NCBI GenBank assembly: GCA_038496445.1
Contig: JALMLS010000446.1
Coordinates: forward strand, 79,056-143,055
Origin: Trichosphaerium sp. ATCC 40318
Taxonomy: Eukaryota; Protista; Tubulinea
Direction of reading: 5' to 3'
Length of the DNA stretch: 64,000 bases
This document shows, one piece after another, positions 39,393 to 52,044 of this stretch (position 1 is its first letter; each line of letters begins with the position of its first letter). A program made the position numbers and the translations under genes. The notes beneath the pieces were generated by a model. It had not been told where the DNA came from. It searched no databases and saw only the letters and a list, made by a program, of their open reading frames with translations.

Positions 39393-40547
39393 TCAACCGA
39401 GTATTTCTTCGCCACGGTCGATGCAGATGTTATGACCACTTTCCACTGCTAGTGATTTTATGCATTCTTTTGTAATTGAAGTGTCTCTGAAGTAAATGCG
39501 ATGAAGTCCTTTTAAGGCTTTGACACCTTCATCTGTCACGTGTCCACAACCTCTAATGTTAATTGTATGAACCCCTTTTAATGCTTTGACACCTTCATCT
39601 GTCACTCTAATGCTAATTGTGTGAATCCCATTTAACGCTTTGATTCCTTTGTCTGTAACTGAAGTGTAGCTAAGATCAATGCTATGAACGCCTTGTAAAG
39701 CTGCAACGCCTTTGTCTGTTACATGTCTACAATGTGAAATGCTAATATCATAAACACCCTTAAGTGCCCTTAATCCTTCATCCGTAACTGCTGTGTCATT
39801 AAGATTAATAGAATGAACTCCTTTCAAAGCTCTAATGCCTTTATCTGTTACTGAAGTGCTCCAAAGGCCAATAGTGTGGACTCCTTTCAAACATTTGATT
39901 CCTTCGTCTGTCACGTGTTTCGAACTAAGGTAAATAGTATGTACTCCTGACAATGCTTTGATTCCTTCATCTGTGACTGATGCGCCTTCAAGATAAATTG
40001 TATGAACTCCATGTAGTCCTTTTACGCCTTTACCTGTTATGTGATTACACTTAGTAAGGTTAATGGTATGAGCGCGCTTCAATTGTTGGAAACTTCTATC
40101 TGTAACCAAACTAAAACTTAAATCAATTCTGCGAATGCCCGGTAGTAGTGCGTTTATATTACTAGTATCGATATCAACACCTGGTATATATGTACGCACA
40201 CCTTTGCGTTTAATCCTTCTAATTGTAACATTGGTATTGTTCATGACACCTTTATACCGTCTTATCTTTCTGAGATCATTAATTTTTGTCAAAGTAATTT
40301 CGTCATATCCAACTATATCATGAATTATATCTGCCATTAAACTACATGACTGAGCAACATAGAACTTTTCACGCCCTTCTGTATGACATAGAATACTTGC
40401 AATAACCTCTATTGGAAGATCTAGAATATGTGTACACGATTCCTTGGGCAGCACGACATGTTTTCTAAACAGCAAGTTAAAAAAAACAACTGTTCGCATT
40501 ACCACGTGCGTTGATAAAATCCCTTGTTTTAGCTTTTCAACGTCCAT
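39393..40547 (-). CDS. F-box + LRR protein (GVHTIxL...VTDEGIKAL repeats), paralog 1
   Basis: ILDLPIEVIASILCH...VAQSCSLM F-box; about 9 LRRs of 23-25 aa in one uninterrupted ORF. Confidence 0.9.
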   Translation of the reverse strand: MDVEKLKQGILSTHVVMRTVVFFNLLFRKHVVLPKESCTHILDLPIEVIASILCHTEGREKFYVAQSCSLMADIIHDIVGYDEITLTKINDLRKIRRYKGVMNNTNVTIRRIKRKGVRTYIPGVDIDTSNINALLPGIRRIDLSFSLVTDRSFQQLKRAHTINLTKCNHITGKGVKGLHGVHTIYLEGASVTDEGIKALSGVHTIYLSSKHVTDEGIKCLKGVHTIGLWSTSVTDKGIRALKGVHSINLNDTAVTDEGLRALKGVYDISISHCRHVTDKGVAALQGVHSIDLSYTSVTDKGIKALNGIHTISIRVTDEGVKALKGVHTINIRGCGHVTDEGVKALKGLHRIYFRDTSITKECIKSLAVESGHNICIDRGEEILG

Positions 40548-40926
40548 TTAATATGCAGAAGTTTCTTATTGTTAAAATCCTGGTGATAGTGATAATATGA
40601 GTCCTGGACCCCTTACTTGAGATGCGTCAAACTGAATGTTAACGTTTGCGTTACTGAAGCTTATAACTTGCCAAGGCATTGGTTTTCGGTCCGAGATCGG
40701 TCTTCACGTTAAGTGAAAGATTCTGGTTCTTTGACGAAAAACCACCAGTTGGTTTCAGTAAAAGTAGTCCTAGACGGTTGTTCATCCAAAGTTCTACAGA
40801 TAGAGTGGTTGAACGCCTGAACCATATTTTCAGCTCTAATCAGGTACTCGCTTAGCTTGCTATGTTAGGTCATAAACGCTTACGTATCCACCTTGAAAAG
40901 TGCCCTAGATGTAAGCTTTACTGCAA

Positions 40927-41039
40927 CCGTTAAAACAAATACTTTCTTCATGATGGCTTAACAAAATGGGTGAAAAAGTATTGTGCTTTTTCTCGCGGTA
41001 GTAGTTAAGCCAACATGAAGAAAGTATTTGTTTTAACGG
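40927..41039. repeat. Inverted repeat, 36-bp arms with 1 mismatch, 41-nt spacer
   Basis: 40927-40962 ccgttaaaacaaatactttcttcatgatggcttaac is the reverse complement of 41004-41039 gttaagccaacatgaagaaagtatttgttttaacgg except at one position. Confidence 0.95.
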
Positions 41040-41243
41040 CAATCACATTGTTGGTTTATCCTTATTAGTGTACATACTTAAGGCTTTTCTATAAAGTGTA
41101 ATAAACATCAAATTTTTATTTTGGCAATTGCAGGGCAATTGCATCTAGTGTTAGAATACATTTGTTTGGTATCTTATCTATGTATTATGTTTATCAAGCC
41201 CGAAGGGGCATTCTAAGAATTTCTATTATAAGTGAATAGTGTC

Positions 41244-43881
41244 TTAGTCTGTTGAAGCTGGTGCCTCAGCATCGGTTATAAGTTTGTCTGGTCTTTCCTT
41301 GAGCTCTTCTTTACCACCACTTGAGGTCATAGCAGACGCACTCTTTGATGCATTTTTTGTCTCAGAACTAGTGTAAGGCCAAATCTTTAGGAAATAACTT
41401 GCTAACAATCGCCGAAAAGAACTAAAAAGAATGAGTTCGTCTTTCAACTTGTTTCCAATTATACGTACGGCATACACATGAATACTACAAAAATGACAAT
41501 ACCAGGTCCTTTAAAAGCATAAGTCATCCAAAAACGAAAACATACTACACAAGCGCGAACACGTGATTTAAACTGCCGAAAAAATATGGAATCCAAAAAA
41601 AACAAGTTCACTTGTGTACCTCCGATACAAAAGATGAATATAAGGGTTGCTGGTAGATTAAACAAATCCTTTTGAAAGCAATCATCAATGTTTGTAGCTG
41701 TTTGAACACATTCAAAGTAAATATTGCCAGCATTGGCACTAACATTTTCGATATAGCCTCTGAAACTACCACGTACTTAGTACGTGTCATAAAACTATCT
41801 GTGAATCGTACATTAAAGAATACATCAGTACTAACCAGTATGCAAAAACGTGAACAAGAACTAGGTTCCTAGTACGTCTTCTTTTGAAATCTTTGGCAGA
41901 AATTGTAGCCTGTGCAATACATTAACACTAACACTTCTGGAAGCGAACAAAAAAAAGAACAAAAGTAGTGCGAATGTGTACCTTTTCTTGTGTTCTGTAC
42001 AAGTGAACTATCAAGTAAAAGAAGCTAGAAATGCCGACGATAGAACATGGTATTGTAGGAAATCCAAAAAAGAATGCCCATTGCGCCCACCTGTACCTTG
42101 AAGTAACTTTCAGAAAACAACAAGTTAGTTAATCTGAATAGAATCACGTGCGTACTGAAGCAAAACGTTAGAGCAGGAACACCTTCAATCATGCCACTAA
42201 ATAATACTATAAACGTCATGATTGATGGAGCACCCCATAGCAAAGAGTAAACCGTCTATCAAATTAGGTCACTACAACATATACAGCTGGACAATAGTTA
42301 ACGCACAATCCGATACCAGGCGGGGTATGTTCCTTTCAAAAGCTTAATACCTCTGAGCGTTATAAAAGCGCTATTGACAGCCATCAGTAACCAGCAGAAT
42401 ACAAGTTGATTAGCAACAAATATGAGGATAAAGCCTACAAAGGCTGTAACAACACACGTGAAAATTATGATGAAAACGAACCTTGGATGGTACATGGTAT
42501 ATGCCATGAGCGAGCCAAACGAGCTTTATTCTCACACATAAAGAATTCAGGAGATAACGATGTCATAAACATGCACAATCCAGCGAAGAACGAGTCAGCA
42601 GATAGAATACTGAAGTACTGAGTTTGAAAGGTTCTGAACCTAAAAATAATTGTTTTAGCAAATGACAATTCATCGTGATAATTGTTGACGTACTGTGGAC
42701 TTCCCACAAACACAAAGAAACAAAAAAACGACAGCAACATTCCTAAAAATCCCACAGCAACGGAGAAGTATTTGACAACTTGAGTTGAGGTATCTGCATA
42801 CAAATCTTATTTCTAATGCACAAATACAATTCTTATTTACGGAGTACCTGAAAACGCTGGAGCGGGACAAGCCCAACACGGAGCCTCGTCTATTAAATAG
42901 TAAGAGTTGCTATTCAGTTATATTTAATAAGCGTACAATATCTCAGTGTGGTACTTTTAACGTCAGGAAATAGTCTAGGAGGAAAACAATTGAAGCTGTC
43001 CACTAAAAAAAAGCATAAGTTCGTATGTATATTTCTGACAAATCTGCCCTGGCTGTACCTGTTGTGTTACCACTACCTGTATTATTACAATCTAGTGATA
43101 CTAGGGTTTGATTTGTGCAATCAGGCAGTTGTAGAGATGTGAACGCTAAGAATGGTTCACATTGAACCGGGATAGCTTCACAAACATCAACACAAGGCAA
43201 AACAATACCATTTGGATATGAATCGTTACACCTCTTGAAACGTGATTGGCACGTGTAAAGAACAACTGAAGACTTGCAACTTGATCCACCAAAGAAATCT
43301 AAAGCATCAATACCGCTTAGCCTATCCTCGATATCCCTAAAATGAAAGGAATAAATCACTGATCCACCGGAGAACGAAAGCGGAGAAAAAAAAATTGAAA
43401 AAAAACTTGCGATTTATGGCGTTTCTACAACAAACAGTATCACGCGCGAAAATATCACATGATACAACATATAAAGGTATTGTTGCGAAAGATGGTTGAG
43501 GTAAAAAACGAATCATAACTGAATGCTAATTAGACTTTATGAAGAAGATATTATCGTACGCCTGTGTAGCCTCTTGTGTTGTATTTTTCGGCAAGTATAC
43601 TAATGCGTAGCTTTCTATAACGTCATCACACCTTAATCACGGTTAATTTTGGATCAGACAGTCGTCAAAGAGACTATAAACCAACAAGGGATATCACAGC
43701 CCAGTCGAGAATGAAAAAAAAAAAAGCTGGCCACGTGATTACCTATTAGGTAGAATTATAAATACGAGCAACGTGCATACCTATGAGGAGATCCTGTGAC
43801 ATTTTTAACGTAAGGTACGCACTGTCCTTGTGCCACGCCCGAGAAACAAATAACTGATAGTAAGAACGTGACATACATCAT
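41244..43881 (-). CDS. Frizzled/Smoothened-like GPCR, paralog 2
   Basis: MMYVTFLLSVICFSGVAQGQCVPY...; CRD SCKSSVVLYTCQSRFKRCNDSYPNGIVLPCVDVCE; exon structure matches paralog 1 where traced. Confidence 0.85.
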
Positions 43882-44724
43882 CACTTGCAATAGTTTTGTT
43901 TTGTGGCGTGTAACCCATGTGTGGGTTAAGTGGGGTTATTATACGAAACTATGTACTCTACAAAGACCAATCCACGGTCTTTCATGCCCCCCTCTGACAA
44001 GAGTTATGGGTTGACAAAATCGTTCAACCCTTACATCACCAATGTTAGATTCACGCGTCCCTGTTGATCTACAGTACCAGATTGGAGAGAATACGTCTCA
44101 CTCAGCTTCGATCACCTGGATCACGTAGCCAGAGCCGTCCCATTTATTAGGAGTTATCTCTTGTACATATACAACGAATTACATAAGAAACATTCAATCA
44201 ATAAAAAACCAAGGTAATACAATCACACAAAAAGGATAATTGAATAGTAATCTTGTGCACCATGACACGCAACAACTTTTTGAATCGTAATCTGCCATTG
44301 TATAGAATTGCTACTTGCTAATGTTGTTTTACAATCTACTGTACTTAAACAACTACCTCTCACTTATCAAACGCAGTAAAATACTTATTTATACAGTCGC
44401 GTGAGCAATTTGGATAAACAGTACTTCCGTTTACTCAAACATATGACTGCCACAAATGTGGCAGATATAGCGGACCAGTAATACATAGGATTTGGATAGC
44501 AGCGTATCGGCGGTTGTGAGAGTGACTGATTTAGCAATTAGATTAGCTGAACTAAACGAGCAAAAGAGCCGAGAGAAGATTACTTTGCTGTAGCAACAAG
44601 GAATGCGTTATGTTACTGCTGTGCTTAGACCTTTACTACGTTATCTATTATTAGGTACCATTGGTATAAAGCAAAATCATAAGCAATCAACGCTTTCAGC
44701 TAACAAATTTATTGGACCCATACA

Positions 44725-46383
44725 TTACATTTGACTGTCTAGAGCAAAGTTATGCCTAATAACATTCACTTTGGCATCTTTTAGTATGTTGATACCCTTC
44801 ATTGTTATTGATGTACCTCCAACAATAACAGTATGAACATTTTTTAACTCTGCCATACCTTTGTTTGTTATACCCTTACAAAACCCAATGTTGATACTAT
44901 GAACATCTTTAAATGCTGTCAAACACTCATTAGTCAATTGTTGACAACATTGAAGGACAATGGTATGAACGCCAGAAAGTGCTTTTAAACCTGTATCTGT
45001 TACTGAAGTACTACTAAGGTCGATGTAGTGAACACCAGCAAGTGATGTAATGCCTTCATCTGTCACCCTAGTGCTTTCAAGGTTAATGGAATGAACACCT
45101 TTCAATGCTTTAATGCCTATGTCTGTCACATTATCACAGCAATGAAGGTCAATTCTATAAACGCCAGATAGTGCTCGTAAACTGTTATCAGTGATATGAC
45201 AGTTACTAAGGTTAATAGTATGAATTCCAGCAAGTGCCCTGATACCTTTGTCAGTCACTGAAGTATAACTGAGGTTAATAGAATGAGCTCCTTTTAAAGC
45301 TTTAATGCCATCATCTGTTATACTAACACACCCAGCAAGATCAATAGTATGAACTCCAGCTAGTGCTTTAATTCCATTATCAGTCACATTTGTATGTTCA
45401 AGCCTAATAGTATGAACGCCCTTTAAAGCTGATATACCTTCATCTGTCAGTAGCCCACAAAAACTAAGATTAATGGAATGAATTCCAGCAAGTGCCTTGA
45501 CACCTTCATCTGTTATGCTATCACACCAAGTAAGATCAATAGTATGAACACCAGAAAGTGCTTTAACGCCATCATCTGTTATTCTACCACACATACTAAG
45601 ATCAATAGTATGAACGCCAGCAAGTGCTTTAATACTGTAATCTGATATGCCACACCTAGTGAGAGAAATGGTATGAACTCCAGCAAGTGCTGTAACACCA
45701 TCATCTGTTATTCTACCACACCAACTAAGATCGATAGTATGAACGCCAGTAAGTGCTTTAAGACCATTATCTGTGACGTCAGTTTTTGCAACGTCTATTG
45801 TATGTACACCTTTCAATGCTTTAATACCCTTATCTGTTATTCGATTACACCTTTTAAGATGAATAGTATGAACACCAGAGAGTTCTTTAAGAGCGTCATC
45901 TGTGACATCAGTGTTTGAAAGGTCTATAGTATGAACACCTTTTAGTTCTTTTATGTCATCTTTTTTTACCTTGTTTCTTAAATATGTAACGTGTTGACAA
46001 CCAGCTAACAAAGAGAAGATTGTATTATCCATTTTACCCACATGAATCATAGTGTTAGTCAAGATTCCCTTGTACTCTCTTATCTTTACGATATCTTCTA
46101 CACGTTTGATATAAACCTGTTTGTAGCCCACAATATCGTGAATGACATCAGACATAAGATGACATGATTGAGCAACAGAAAACCTTTCTTTTTCTTCTGT
46201 AAGACGAAGAATATAGGAAATAACTTCAATAGGACAATCAAGAATAGACACTTCTTTTACCTTCGTCACTACAGACCTAATAAGGGAGTAAGCAAAACAT
46301 GTTTTAGTTTTCATTATTTACAAAAGGATAAAATACAAATAAGAAAGTAGTTTTTGTTCTTGGGCCTCGGGGCTCATTATCAT
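44725..46383 (-). CDS. F-box + LRR protein, paralog 2
   Basis: Exon 1 MIMSPEAQEQKLLSY(L), intron 46277-46336, then a single exon: ILDCPIEVISYIL...VAQSCHLM F-box plus about 16 GVHTIDL...ITDxGIKAL repeats. Confidence 0.9.
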
Positions 46384-46519
46384 ACTTTCCCCAAAAAACT
46401 GTTTTAATAATTTACTACAGCATAAGAAAAGTGGACAGTGACAGAATACGTTGACATTACAAAACGACTCAAGTCAAGCCAAAAAAAAAAACTGATCATT
46501 CAAAGGAAATTAGGACGTT

Positions 46520-47100
46520 TTCTTTCGGCGACGTTCGTTAAAACGTGGCGACCTTGTAGCATGTAGAATGGTTTTGAGGTAGCGACTAATTATTTGTACC
46601 TTTGCTTGTTTTTATCAGTTTTTAAAAGTTGGTCGAGTTGTTCGGCGATACTTCTGTTGGCAACGTCTAGAATACTTTCCATTTGTTTTATCAACGTTTG
46701 CTGTTGTTCTGCTTTAATTCCATTGAATGCTTCTTTATGGTTCTTTTGGAAGTAGCCTAAAGCTTGATCTAGCGAAACAAAAAAACAGCTCATGATTTGG
46801 TTAATGTGTGGGTGATTTCGGTAATTTAAGTAAGATGCTTAAGCGCTAAGGAGGTTCGTTTAACTATAGAGGAAAAACGCATAAATACCACGTGATCTTG
46901 CGTGAACGAACTCAAACATTGTGGGATGGTATCTTGAAAGTAGAGCTGCAGATTCACGCCGGAACTCTTGCTTGTGATTAGAAAGTGATACGGATATTCC
47001 AGTGCACGTGTTTTGAAACTCAACATTGAATCTCAATTTAACATTGTTAAAATGCGCGCATACTATTGATGTATCGATCACGAACGTAGCTGATGAAGGC
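46520..47100 (-). CDS. Possible hypothetical gene or remnant (helical exon DQALGYFQKNHKEAF...)
   Basis: Exon-like ORFs 46590-46793 and 46860-47081; a consistent spliced frame could not be built. Confidence 0.3.
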
Positions 47101-47305
47101 AGGCGTAGTCTGCAGAATATTCTATCAAACGGAATACCAACTGACGATAACTATTGATAGGAGCTAATCATATGAATGATTGGACTACTAGCACAATGAC
47201 AAAACGTTGTCATCCGCAAGGTACTTCCACAAAGAAGTATTTAATAAATGAGGCTTACACAACAAGAACAGTAGCAGTAATAAAACAATTTTTTTATTCC
47301 TTATT

Positions 47306-48188
47306 CTAATACCCGCTCTTATAAAACCTATCTATATGAACACGTCCATCATCTCTCCACTGTTGATAAATACCATCTTTCTTACCATTATTATACAAAC
47401 AATGACTATGTAATTCACCATTAGCATGCCACTCTGTATACTCTCCATCAAGCTTTCCATTTTTATAAAAACAATGTTTAAACAATGTATCAGAACTGAA
47501 CCAGTTCTTATACTCTCCTTCTAAATTATTCCGTACATACTCACATGAAAGAACCAATTGTCCATCGTTTGACCACTGATTATAAGCACCATGCTTCATA
47601 CCATTATCATAAAAACAAGATAAAATCAGTTGACCTGATGTTGACCATTGCTTACAAAGTCCTTGTAATTTTCCGTTTTTGTAAGAACATTCAAGAATAA
47701 TCTGACCATTTGTTGACCATTTTTTGTACTCACCTTGATGCTTACCGTTGTGATAGTTGCACGTATTTACCAACTGACCTGTGATACACCATTTTTTATA
47801 CTCTCCTTGGCGCTTGCCGGCCTTGTAATGCCATTTTTTCGACAATTCGCCGGTGTAGCGCCATTTAGTACATTCGCCATCTCGTTGACCGTTATTCCAC
47901 CACTGTTGTTGTACACGGGCGTCGTCTCTAAATTTTAACCACTTGCCATGTTTTTTCAAGTCAGAGCTGAATCGAGTGCTTGTAGCGGTGTATCGACATA
48001 GTAAAGGCCATATCTTGTATGCACAAGGGCTACAATCAATGATACAAAGCTGTAATTCAAGAGGAAGCGTTAATAACGTCGAACGTGCTTCAGGGCGCTC
48101 TATTAGCTAAAAACGCGCGTAAGCCAAAACATGTCAAGTTCACTGTGACGCTTCAAACTAAATACAGTACCTTTCGTTTAAATGGCAT
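47306..48188 (-). CDS. F-box-like + MORN-variant repeat protein, paralog 2
   Basis: Exon 1 MPFKRK (48171-48188), intron 48107-48170, then LLTLPLELQLCIID...WPLLCR...TRF..DLKKHGKW plus repeats. Confidence 0.9.
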
Positions 48189-48337
48189 AATAATAGAAAC
48201 CAGGGGTTACGTAAGTGTTGGGTATTTCGATCTTGTGTTTGCGCGCCAAAATTACTTGTTTTCGCGGCTTAGCTGCAACGATACTTAAACTTTGTTGTTT
48301 CGTTCTTCAAAATATATTGCGACACCATAACCTTCTA

Positions 48338-49258
48338 ATGGCACAAGTACAGGTACGCTTCAAGACAACACGTGTTTAAATTAATAAAATACTATTCTAG
48401 GTCGTACATACACCTCTTACTTTAAATGACAACCCTAAGCATCACATAACCTTGGTTGAGCTTCCCACGGAACTACAGCTAGATATGATAGATTTAAGCT
48501 TAGAAATGTACATAAAATGGCCTCTGCTATCCCCTTTAGGTGCATTGAGCAGTGGACGCTTTGATCAGGACTTACAACGGCATGGAAGGTGGAAAAAGTA
48601 CTACCAAAACAAGATTTATAAACTAGAGACCTGGGATCACGGTTGTCGCCATGGAGAGCATAAGAGATGGTATGAGAATGGTGTATTAAGAGAGTATTAT
48701 AAGTTTGTTGAAGGGAAACTTAACGGAGAGTACATGGAGTATCATAAAAATGGTAACATATCAACACAGAGTTTTTATGTTGATGGCAAAATGAATGGTC
48801 TAGAAATACAATACAAAGAAAGTGATAATAGTATTGAAACTGAATGTTTTTATAAAGATGGTAATCGTCATGGATTGTTTAAACAGTATGGATATAATGG
48901 TATTCTTCTTTCACAAATTCAATACAAAAATAATAGATATCATGGTAAGTATATCACGTGGTATGCAAATGGAAATAAGCAAGTAGAGTGCTATTATAGA
49001 AGAGGTAAGTTTCATGGCAGATATAAAAAATGGGCTTTTAGTGGAGCTAGACTGTGTGGTTGTTTTTATAAGCTAGGTAAAGTCGAAGGGTACCATAAGT
49101 CATGGCATAGTAATGGTCAGCTACGGACTATTTGTCATTATAAGAATGGCATAAAGGACGGCGAGTATAAAGAGTACAGGCGGAGTGGAACTTTAGCAAA
49201 TCATTGTGTGTACAGAAATGATGAATTGATTAGTGAGAAACAATTAACAATGTATTAA
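48338..49258 (+). CDS. F-box-like + MORN-variant repeat protein, paralog 3
   Basis: Exon 1 MAQVQ (48338-48352), intron 48353-48400, then LVELPTELQLDMID...WPLLS...RF..DLQRHGRW plus repeats. Confidence 0.9.
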
Positions 49259-49425
49259 ATATTACTATTACTAGAGTAGTTTGTATGCATAGGATAAGGT
49301 GAAGATACACTTTACTTAGATAAACATACATAAGAGAAGCGATATCTTACAGTTTAATGTGATAGTAAACAATGCAATCAAAAATTAACAGAAAACAAGA
49401 ATAAGAATGATAAAGCAAGCAGCAT

Positions 49426-51548
49426 CTATGGTTGCCTCTTTATTAATTTTATATCAAGATCATGCCTGAACATTGGAATAAAGTTCTTTGACTCATTTTG
49501 AGATTCCATTGCTGAACATTTACAAGCAAGACGAATGAGATATACTTTTAATTCAAGAGTTGCTAATTTATATCCTACACAAATGTTAGTCACAGTTGCA
49601 TCCTAACAAAGTTATGTGTTGGTTTACATACCAATACACATGCGTGAACCTCCTCCAAATGGTGCAAAACGATCATTTTTAATTGATTCATCAATGAATC
49701 TTTGTGGCTTAAACTAAAAGTACTATTGAGCTCTTTGTTTTGTGCTTATATGTACCTCTTCTGGATCACTAAATCTTTTTGGATCTCTATGAAGTGCTGG
49801 TACTTGAACAGTAGCCATCCAAGCCTTTGGTAACTCATGGTTCTTTAACAAAGTATTAGCAAACAAATACAAGTCAACAAAAAAAAAAAAAAAAATACCA
49901 TAGGCGTTTTCATATCTTCTTTAGCAACACGATGTAATCCTGATACTGGTGGAGCAAGTCTTAGAACCTAGAGGGATAATCAATATGAATATTAGTAGTG
50001 ACATTAAATAGTGTACCTCTTTTATAGTTGCATCCAAGTAAGAAAGTCCTCCAATCAAATCGAAATCTTCAGATGTTAACTGTCTGTCAAATTCCTTTAC
50101 TTCGTCGTATACTTTAGTGAGTACATCTGGATTTTTAGCCATAAAGTAAAGGACTGAAGAAAACGTAGAAGATGTTGTGTCAAACCCTAGTTTCGCGAAA
50201 TGTCAACAATCACCAGATTGAAGCAAGTGTAGTACCTCCAAATAGCAACATAAGAGCTTGATCTAACACAGCATCTCTTGCTAACTTTTGCCCATTCTCA
50301 TCCCTAATAGAAATTTAATCACCACGTCTAGTACTACAAGATATACTCGGCACTCAATAGGTAGTCTAGTGTACTCGCCAACTCAGAAGGCTATATCATG
50401 TATTATTAAAAAGGTGAAGTAGACAACTTAAAGAAAGAAAAGTTTGCTTACCTCAGCCTTTGCAAGCTTTGCTTCGATAATGTCGTTTATTTTACTTTTC
50501 AGTGTACGACGTGCTTTTAATGCAGTACCATAATTGGTACCAGGTATATCAAAAGGAAATAATGTAACAAAACCACCATACTAGAAGCGGTCAGTACGGA
50601 GGATAGAAAAAAAAAGTTGTTATTAAAAAAAAAGAACAAGTGGAGACACTTCGACATTGGAACTCACCCAATCAGTATACAAATCAATTATTTCTTTAAC
50701 ATCGCTTTCGGTCAATAAGTCTCCAATAAGAACAGTTGTAGCCTATAAAACGAGATGAGTTAGTTGCCTGTCTTAAAAATCTGAGGTAAGATTAAGACGA
50801 TTGCACACTCACAATATTGAAAGTAAAGACACGTGCTTCCTTACGGACTTCAAAAAATCCTTTTTTAAGCAGCCACATATCAATATGCCTGTCTATAACC
50901 TCACTAATCTTAGGCATATAGGCACGAAGAGCTCTAAAAAAAAGTGAAAAAATTGCAGTTACAAGACAGATAAAAAATTGACGATCAACGCACTTACCTT
51001 GTTGTATACGCAGCACCAACAAGACTACGCTGTCTTCTATATTTTTTACCAACTGGACAAGAAGCAAGAGCATGCTCTCCAAGAAGTTTCTTAATATGAT
51101 TCGGTGTGCCATGATCAAGACCCTTAAAGTCTTAATAGACAAGCCACAACCAAAAAGAGAAAGGAAGGAATTGAGTACAACGAAAAGCAAAAAGAACAAA
51201 CACACTCACTCACCCTATTTGTGAATAGAAACTTTGTATCATCAGTTACAATACCGTCTACCAAGAAAATACTTGTGGATATTTCTCCATGCTTTTCAAG
51301 GCTATCTTGAAAGTATTGCTTTCCTTTATCGGAGAATACTGTTCCGGTATGTCCTATGAGCGGTAAACCTGCGTTTTGATTAGTTTAATTGCACATCAAC
51401 TCAACAATAGCTGCGTAGGTCGTATAACGGTATTTCTAGGCGTACCCCAGTCTCCATGAGGTAAATTAGAGCGCATTCTTTTTCTTCTCATTGAAAGTAC
51501 CCATAAGAGTACTACAACAATACTCCCTATCGCAATATACAAAACCAT
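49426..51548 (-). CDS. Cytochrome P450; multi-exon
   Basis: N-terminal TM plus LPHGDWGLPLIG; I-helix LLFGGFDTTSS; EVLR (ExxR); FKPQRF; heme motif FGGGSRMCIG. Confidence 0.93.
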
Positions 51549-52044
51549 CTCTTCGGAACAAGATTCCTGAAACTCGATGTCCAAATCAAGCAGGATAGTT
51601 TTACAAAACAAGAAACTGTCAAGGCAAAAAAAAAGAAAACATTTGACTATGCGCAAATTGTTCTCTTACCTTGCACCTAACGAAAAATATCAAGGTAGGC
51701 ACAGTCGCAAATGCTTACTATACGATTCAGGGTTGCTAACACGATTCATCTACATAGTTGTTTCAAAAAGAAGTATCACGTTTTGTTACTTATTTTTGCT
51801 TGGTTTATCTACTTTGCTACTTTGCAACTTCGGCAACTTTTGTTGTACCTTACAATAACACTCGCAAAAGAAAATAAGGGGTGATGTAATTGCACTAAAT
51901 ACATTCGTCATGTGCACTCAAAAGACAGAGATATTTATTTACCTACAGTATTTACATTATCCAGGGAACAGCACTCAAAGAAGTATTTTGCTAACAAGGC
52001 GATTGAACAAGCCAACTAAAGCACCCTCTGAGGAGTTCCCTCTA

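Noticed and set aside
44725-46000. Regular 72-75-bp periodicity as a CRISPR-like or tandem array
   Set aside because: Fully explained by in-frame LRR coding repeats.
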